Below are positions 54,712-64,000 of a DNA stretch of 64,000 nt, one piece after another. The notes under the pieces were generated by a model. The model was not told the DNA's origin and did no database searches. It was given only the letters and a program-made list of their open reading frames with translations. Source of the stretch: Eledone cirrhosa (taxonomy: Eukaryota); contig OZ024747.1 in assembly GCA_964016885.1 (NCBI GenBank), forward strand, positions 39,122,001 to 39,186,000, given 5' to 3'. The translations under genes and the position numbers were made by a program. The number at the start of each line of letters is the position of its first letter. Position 1 is the stretch's first letter.

Positions 54712-54979
54712 GTCTACGACTTCTGCTATACCATTTACGTGGTTTTGTCTTTGCGTGATATTGTTCTCCACGATCCACATATGACGTATTATCTTCGTTT
54801 TTTTCGTTCATTGCCAGAGAACGTCTCTATGAACCACCTAAGAGAACATTAGTCTACGACCTCTTTTATACCATAAACGTGGTTCTGTCTTTGCGCGTAA
54901 TTGTTTTTTACCGCTCCTATTAATGACGTATCTTATTCGTTTTTTCCCGTTCTTTGCCAGCGAACGTTTCAACGAACCA
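54712..54979. repeat. Diverged ~140-bp tandem duplication
   Basis: GTCTACGAC.TC...TATACCAT..ACGTGGTT.TGTCTTTGCG...TTGCCAG.GAACGT occurs at ~54712 and ~54851. Confidence 0.75.
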
Positions 54980-55215
54980 AAGTATCGTCTTCCTGTCTTC
55001 CTCCGGTTGCAACGTTTTTTGAAATTTCCACTTCTGCGTTTTCAGATTGACTTTGTTAGTTTCAGAAGATCCCGTTAAGGGTGAAAGCAGCGATTCTTTG
55101 CTTAAACTTTAATCTGTTATTTTAATAAATATTTGCTCTACGGTTTTTATATATTTGATATATATTTATCCTTATCGAGCCCTCTTTGGATTTTAGTCTT
55201 GAAATTTATTATTAT

Positions 55216-55253
<38 letters not shown>

Positions 55254-55448
55254 TTATTTAGGTTTGTTGGTTCACTACTGGATAGAACAGGTCGTTCCGT
55301 ATGGTCAACCTTGATGTAATATTAGGCAGATCACTCAACGTAATGCAAGTCACCCGTCTTCGTATGTGTTGTTGGTGGTGCGAGTACGGAGTTAATTGTT
55401 ATAAAATAACAGAAGGCTGGACTGGTGTAATTTCTGAAAACGTTTATT

Positions 55449-55506
55449 ATACTATGATCATTTCAGTGACCGGGTTCAGTATGAATCCGGTGACATCATC
55501 GGGTAT
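55449..55506 (-). ncRNA. Type I hammerhead-like motif with CCGAUGA core
   Basis: AUAC-CCGAUGA-uGUcACCGGaUUCA uac UGAAcCCGGUcACu-GAA-AUGAUCAU-A^GUAU. Confidence 0.6.
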
Positions 55507-55624
55507 TCGAAATATAACAAAGGAATATAATACACAAAATCTATGGGGCTGAAAATCAGAGACATGAGGGCGGCCGAACATTTAGCAGCTTCTACCCCAG
55601 TCGGCCGCCCTCGAGTGATGACTG

Positions 55625-55739
<115 letters not shown>

Positions 55740-55753
55740 AAACACTTATATTC

Positions 55754-55784
<31 letters not shown>

Positions 55785-56584
55785 AAATATAAGTAAAGAA
55801 ATAGGTTTATGGAGAACTACCTAGATTCATATATAGACTTGAAACATTGCGTGCAACAAACCCTTATCATATACAGAATGACACGAAGGGCTATGTGATT
55901 CAAATCACACAAAACCTGCAAGCCCTCTGAAATAAAGGTTATACCAAATTAACCACACCACCTTTTCGTCATCTAAACGGAATTGTAAGAGATCGGTTCT
56001 GTCTATTTAGGCGTGTTTGTGAGTATTTGCGAGTGCGTATTGGAAATAACGCTTCCCACTAAATAAAAATGTTTTATAACCATATTTAGTAGCAATGTTG
56101 CAAAAACCTATTTACCAGATATTTGAACCATGTATGTACGAATGAGGGTAACGTATATGTTCTGTTTGTTTACTAATTACTAACTCAATTGTTGTCAACA
56201 GGAACACCAACACCACATATGTACCTACTGAATAATTAGATATAAATGTCGGCTAGACAGACACTGGAAAATCTAATCGAGAAAGAAATTTTCATCGATA
56301 ACTTTACAATAGCTCAGACATCTATTTATGTAATATCGGAATACTTGAAAATAGAGCTAGAGAGAGAAAAGAAAAGAGGAACAAATATAATGAGTGAGAG
56401 AAGGTTAGCGAAAAATGAGGATATTTCAACAAATAAATACATATCATGTAAATCGTCTATTCAAATTGATTGTATATATATATATATATAAATGAAAGTA
56501 TAGAAATTATTGTGAGCGTGAAGCCAACAGTATTTCACACACAGACACACATATTCGTTATAAATACATATTTACACACACACA

Positions 56585-56658
<74 letters not shown>

Positions 56659-56754
56659 ATCAAAAGATGGTTAAAGGAGTTCCATGTATCAACATATGTT
56701 GATTTAAAATTGCACTATCCACAAGTGTTTTTTAGCCTTCGTATCATGTTCTCC

Positions 56755-56825
56755 TGTTTTATCTGATGAAAACACAAATATTATTGCATGATGATGTTTG
56801 TTTTTGAAATGCGCATAATAAAATA
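56755..56825 (+). ncRNA. Type I hammerhead ribozyme in fold-back element ~56655-56950
   Basis: UGUUUUAU-CUGAUGA-AAACACAAAUAUUAU...AUGAUGUUUGUUUUU-GAA-AUGCGCAU-A^AUAAAAUA. ~34-bp inverted repeat at 56655-56689 / 56823-56857. Confidence 0.72.
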
Positions 56826-56961
56826 CATGGAACTCCTTTAACCATCTTTTGATCTTATATATTATGTATACTCCAGTCCTACAAACTGTAGAGTGCTTCA
56901 TATCCGATATCTGCATTGCTTTATTGTACTACAATAAAACTCACCTCCTACATATATATAT

Positions 56962-57005
<44 letters not shown>

Positions 57006-57249
57006 TATATGTGTGTGTGGGGGTGGGGCGGTATGTATGTAAATATGTATTTATAACGAATATGTGTGTATGTGTGTGTGTGCATCTGTTCTGTCTCCGT
57101 CTTTGTGTCTGTGCCTGAATGTGTGTTTGTGTGTTTGTTTATGTATGTGTATGTAAGCGTAAATTCGGTTTTAAGAGTTATATGGAGCAATGAATATGCC
57201 ATTGCGTAAGCATTGAGATACCAGACATGCAAACTCTCATCCGAGCTCC

Positions 57250-57440
57250 CGTACATACATACGTACATACATACGTACATACGTACATACATACGTACAT
57301 ACATGCGTAAATACATACGTACATACATACGTACATACATACGTACATACATACGTACATACATACGTACATACATGCGTACATACGTACATACATACAT
57401 ACGTACATACGTACATACATACATTCATTCTTACATACAT
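57250..57440. repeat. Compound (ACAT)n/(ACGT) microsatellite
   Basis: (ACGTACATACAT)n visible directly. A similar (CATA/CATT)n tract lies at ~18607-18735. Confidence 0.9.
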
Positions 57441-57981
57441 ATAAAACCTCTATGGTGAAATACTATCTAAACTATGTTATGTAACTAGAGATTTGAATAA
57501 AGCATGGGAAACTGAGGCGGTGAACCTGGGGGGAGGTTAGGGGTCCATATCTCCCCTCCTCCGATAATTATATTTTTCTCCCCAAACTACCCAAACACAC
57601 ATATATTAGTATAAGTGCTACAATATACGTATATACGTATATATTATGTTTATCGTATATCGAAGTTGTTTTTTTTATATCTTGGTTGATATTCGATAAG
57701 AAATCATGTTAACCATCGTAGTAAATTCTTTTGTCATGTCATAACCTTTTCTCCACATATCACTATTTGTCAATTGTTAGTATGTGCATTCAGAGACAGA
57801 TTTCATAGGTCATTTTGCTATAATCACTTTAATTATTGAATGTTGTAAATGTAATATGAACTGTTTGAACTCAAATTGCATTTTCTGACCATTTTAGAGT
57901 GCAAAGAGGGAAATTAATTACTACAACTGAATTCACCAAGTTTGCCCCCCACCACGAATTCAGGAATGCTTCCCCCACCCC

Positions 57982-58439
<458 letters not shown>

Positions 58440-58525
58440 TACTCCAGAAGAGTGTTGAATGCTCTGAATCACTTATAAACATTTATATTTGTTGAATTAC
58501 CAACAAATTGAATATCCCTTTTGCT

Positions 58526-59385
<860 letters not shown>

Positions 59386-59389
59386 TTAC

Positions 59390-59447
<58 letters not shown>

Positions 59448-59472
59448 CAAACCGTGTCACTCTTCTTTCTTG

Positions 59473-59526
<54 letters not shown>

Positions 59527-59527
59527 A

Positions 59528-59886
59528 TACTAGCAGGTACCTCCCAAATAATAGGGGTGTTGGACATTTGCTTAAATTCTTATAAACTGACAGGGCGGGA
59601 AAGTCGGTATACTGTATAGTGTATGGTCGTAAAAATGGGCTTCTTGTAATGTTCTTTTTTTTTGTCATATAATGATGTTTTTTTAATATAAAATAAAATA
59701 AATATTAGATTTGCCAATTTCTGAATCGATATGAATCACTTAACAATAAAATTTCGCCGGAGATAGATTAGCAAACTTTAATAAGCGGGGAGGGTGACGG
59801 GTGGGTGGTGAACAAAAAGGTGTTGTTTGGACAAAAAGTGTAAAATTAATAAGCGGGGTGGGGTGATTATTCAAGACCTGATAGTA
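59528..59886. mobile_element. Possible MITE
   Basis: Terminal inverted repeat TACTAGCAGGT / ACCTGATAGTA (1 mismatch) and an internal repeated AATAAGCGGGG. Confidence 0.45.
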
Positions 59887-59889
59887 ATT

Positions 59890-60780
59890 GATAGAATGAG
59901 AGAGGCATTGAGGGAGACAATGTCGTTGTAGATGTAAAGAGGGAAAAGTTTAGTATTAATTAATATAGAGAGGGAGATTGGAAGAAAGTACAATGTAGTA
60001 GATATAAAGAGGGGGAGAGCATAGTGGTACTTGATATAGAGTGTGTTATTAATAAAGAGAGTGTTGTATGGTACATATAGGGAGGGGGAGAGTTTGTTAG
60101 TAATGTATATATAGAGGGGGATTCAGAGAGTGCTTTGTATGGTATATATAGAGAGTTGTAGAGTGCCGTGGTAATTAATATAGAGAGTGGGATGAGTAGT
60201 GAGTAACGTGGGTTAGATTTAGAGAGGGGGAGTGGTAGTATTGTCTGAGATACAGAGATGGCTGTATTATAGATATAGAGAGGGGGGAGAGTTTGGTGGC
60301 TGTAATATAGAGAGGGGGGTTATAAGAGAGTATAGTGTAGCAGATATAGAGCGGAGGAGAGTTTAGTGGTGATTGATATAGAGAGGGGCATTGAGAGAGA
60401 TAAGTGTTGATAGGTATAAGAATAGGGACATTGGTGTTAATGGATGTCGAGAGAGTGTGTCGTGTGATAAATATAGTGAGGGGGAGAGTTTGAATATAGA
60501 TAGGGTATTGGAGAGAGTGTTGTATGGCAGATATAGGGAGCGGGAGTATGGAGTGGTGATTTATATTGAGAGGGGTATTGGGAGTGATAGATATAGATAT
60601 ATAGAGAGGGGGATTAGGAGAGATAGATATAGATATAGAAAGGGGGAGAGTTTGGCGGTTGTAGATTGAGTGAGGGGCGTTGAGAGAGAGTGTTGTATAT
60701 TAGATATAGAGTGATGGGGAGAATGAGAGGGATTGAGACTGAGTGGCATATGGTAGATATAGAAATCGGGAGATATATAT
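59890..60780. repeat. Degenerate purine-rich minisatellite (GATATAGAGAGGGGG-like unit)
   Basis: Recurrent TATAGAGAG/GGGGGAGAG motifs with strong strand skew. Confidence 0.7.
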
Positions 60781-61039
60781 ATATATATATAAATGTAAGG
60801 AATCAAAGATATCAAATAGAATGTTGTGCTTCTCGATAAAAAAGCTCAATAGACTTTAGCCAAAGTAATAATAAATCAAATATAATAATTGTTTCTACTT
60901 TTGGCACAAGGCCAGCAATTATTCCAGTGTATTACTCGTGTTTTATTTTATCGACCCGTAAGGATGAACGACAAAGTTAACCCCATTGTGAGATGCCGCT
61001 GTTAGCTAACACCACGATTTAGTAGAGCACCACCTTTTT

Positions 61040-61260
61040 ACGAAGTTTCTAAACACTTAGCGGGTGGCGTGAGTCTTTGTGTATGTAATTTAGTTCTGCA
61101 TTTAGTTTATGGAAGGGTCTAAAGTTGTGTGGGTGAAGATCTAAATTTATGTCAAAAGAATCTACGCTAGTAAGGTTAGTAGCTACTGTTATCCTAAGTC
61201 CTAACTCATTAAATGTTGTAAGAAAATTTAGTTCTTCCGCTAATACTTTCACCCTTTCTG
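61040..61260 (-). pseudogene. Penelope-like RT fragment
   Basis: VDSFDINLDL...FRPFHKLN.EL.YIHKDSRHP is homologous to the intact ORF segment VNFLDITLDL...PYHKPN..L.YIH..SNHP. Confidence 0.7.
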
Positions 61261-61545
61261 ATAAAACTAATAACTTTTACGACGTCAATAATACTACATA
61301 CAACCACGTGGCACGAAACGTTATAATTATTCTGGGTTTCCACAGTTGTCTCCCTCGCACAGTTCTAACGTGGGATTCCTTCCTTTTGGGAGGTGAATTT
61401 TCTGCACATGCCTATTCGTACATTGTCTTTACCTCTTCCGTACAATCTCATTTAAACTGAGCTGGAAATAGTAGATTAACTGGACTGAGTGCTCTACTAC
61501 TACGGATATAACCAATCAGTGATCTACTATTATATATATATATAT

Positions 61546-61635
<90 letters not shown>

Positions 61636-61642
61636 CTATACA

Positions 61643-61680
<38 letters not shown>

Positions 61681-61684
61681 TATA

Positions 61685-62595
61685 TATAAGTATTTCCGTT
61701 GAAAATAGATAAAGTCATAGGAGTGAAGAGTGCTCTATGTAAGTACCAGAGCAAAATTTAATGTATAAAAAACAATACAATATAATTACCTCATTACCAG
61801 AGGTTTCCCGAATAAGACGAATACGAAAGAAACGTCTTCATTCGTTCGTCGGACGAGGCAATATAGAACATAGAGAAATATTTGGAAAGTCTCTTCAAGA
61901 AATGTAAAAAAAATTATATATATATAGATAAAGGTAATACAATAGATATATAACATAAAAAAATAAAATATAAAATATATTAAAAAAATTTTTAAGAAAT
62001 ATAGTTAGGTGTGTGTATATGTATGTATATACACTCACAGATATACATATGTAAGTATGTACAAATGTGTGTGTATAGTGAAAATGTGTGCGTAAATATA
62101 TGTATGAGGGCAAGTATATCTGTGTATATGTAACCATAGACACAGACATGATATGATTGTCTGGTTGACAGGTATACAGAAAAACAGGGTATTAGATAAA
62201 TTATAAGAATATGAAGGCACGCGTATAGACACACACACACACGCGTACAATTATATGCGGAAGAAAAATAGGTAAGGGAGTGTAATAGTAAAAAGGAAGT
62301 ATCATTCTCGATATATTTATAAAAATGGAACAATAATTTAGAAAGAAAAAATTGCAAAGTAAAGAAAAGAAATCAAACAAGGTACACGCGTACATACACA
62401 CATATATCTATAAGAAACATATATCTATAAAAAATATATATATACACGCAATACGTGCAGACAAAAGCGTATGCAAGCGTACATACACACACAGGATGCA
62501 CATATATATATATATACATACACATCGCCCCATGTATATCTAATGACGCGTACTTGCGCGACTGTATACACACACACACACATACACACACATAA

Positions 62596-62629
<34 letters not shown>

Positions 62630-64000
62630 GTACGCACACATACACATCCATACATGCAGTACGTACACACATACACATACACACACACACATACATACAC
62701 TCACGCACGTTGACCCGCTAACATGCACACACATAAAAATAAGAAAATAAAAAAAAGAACATAGATGTAAAAACACAGATATAAAAACACTATTTCTTCA
62801 CTACCTGATTAAACAAGTCACTTGCGTATTCCACTCCAGATATTTTCTGTTATTTCGCAGCCAATTTTATATTTTTATATTTGTACTCACTTATTTCACA
62901 AGGCTGTTTTTACACCCTGTATCTATGAGTCTGAGCGTCTTTATGTGTGTATACTTTCTGTATGTGTACACGAACGCCTCCGTATGTGCGCGCGCGTGCG
63001 TATATATATATATGTGTATGTATGTGTGTTTTTATATCTGTGTTTTTACATCTATGTTCTTTTTTTTATTTTCTTATTTTTATGTGTGTGCATGTTAGCG
63101 GGTCAAGGTGCGTGAGTGTATGTATGTATGTGTGTGTGTGTATGTACGTACTGCATGTATGGATGTGTATGTGTGCGTATGTATATATATATATATATAT
63201 ACTTATGTGTGTGTATGTGTGTGTGTGTATACAGTCGCGTACGTACGTGTGATTAGATATACATGGGGCGATGTGTATGTGTATATATATGTGCATCCTG
63301 TGTGTATGTACGCTTGCATACGCTTTTGTCTGCACGTATTGCGTGTATATATATATTTTTTATAGATATATGTTTCTTAAAGATATATGTGTGTATGTAC
63401 GCGCGTACCTTGTTTGTTTTCTTTTCTTTACTTTGCAATTTTTTCTTTCTAAATTATTGTTCCATTTTTATATCTATATCAAGAATGATACTTTCTTTTT
63501 ACTATTACACTCCCTTACCTCTTTTTCTTCCGCATATAAGTGTACGCGCGTGTGTGTGTGTTTATACGCGTGCCTTCATATTCTTATAATGTATCTAATA
63601 CCCTGTTTTTCTGTATACCTGTCAACCAGACAATCATATCATGTCTGTGTCGATGGTTACATATACAAAGATATACTTGCCCTCATACATATATTTACGC
63701 ACACATTTTCGCTATACACACACATTTGTACATTCTTACATATGTATATCTGTGAGTGTATATACATATATATACACATACCTGACTATATTTCTTAAAA
63801 AATGTTTTTATATATTTTACATTTTATTTTTTTATTTTATATGTCTATCGTATTACCTTTATCTATATATATATAATTTTTTTTTGCATTTCTTGAAGAG
63901 ACTTTCCAAATATTTCTCTATGTTTTATATTGCCTCGTCCGACGAACGAATGAAGGCGTTTCTTTCGTATACGTCTTATTCGGGAAACCTCTGGTAATGA
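61685..64000. mobile_element. Large fold-back element (arms ~61791-62790 and ~63026-64000+), no ORF
   Basis: ~1-kb inverted arms with scattered differences and a 235-bp spacer. The left 3' tail runs to (TA)n; the right arm runs off the window. Confidence 0.9.
61785..61862 (-). ncRNA. Type I hammerhead-like motif with CCGACGA core (mirror 63929-64000, plus, truncated by window edge)
   Basis: AUUGCCUCGU-CCGACGA-aCGAAUgAAGACGU...uCGUCUUAUUCGg-GAA-ACCUCUGGU-A^AUGAGGUAAU. Stem I is 10 bp. Confidence 0.65.

Noticed and set aside
55060-55100. CAGAAGA-TCCCGTTAAGGGT-GAAAGC hammerhead-like motif (similar weak motif at ~19077)
   Set aside because: The core is mutated and there is no convincing stem I or III, so it cannot be distinguished from chance or complete decay.

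Overview
AT-rich, microsatellite-dense animal genomic DNA. The SINE families resemble those of octopod cephalopods, but that is an inference. I cannot call any host gene with confidence. The window is dominated by retroelements: (i) a head-to-tail array of a 557-bp unit (1-3498) with a type I hammerhead ribozyme (HHR) on the minus strand of every unit, plus a dispersed diverged relative at 58635-59385; (ii) several Penelope-like elements (RT + C-terminal GIY-YIG), one with an uninterrupted ~640-codon ORF and a near-perfect ~1.83-kb inverted repeat; (iii) at least ten fold-back insertions whose two arms are joined 5'-to-5', point their 3' ends outward into (TA)n and carry HHRs or HHR halves, including long-stem-II and CCGANGA core variants; (iv) a near full-length degenerate RTE LINE, about ten tRNA-type SINE copies, a 5S-derived SINE-like copy and Helitron-like fragments. 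Nearly all short ORFs in the supplied track are microsatellite artefacts. All structures were read by eye; coordinates of degenerate elements are approximate.
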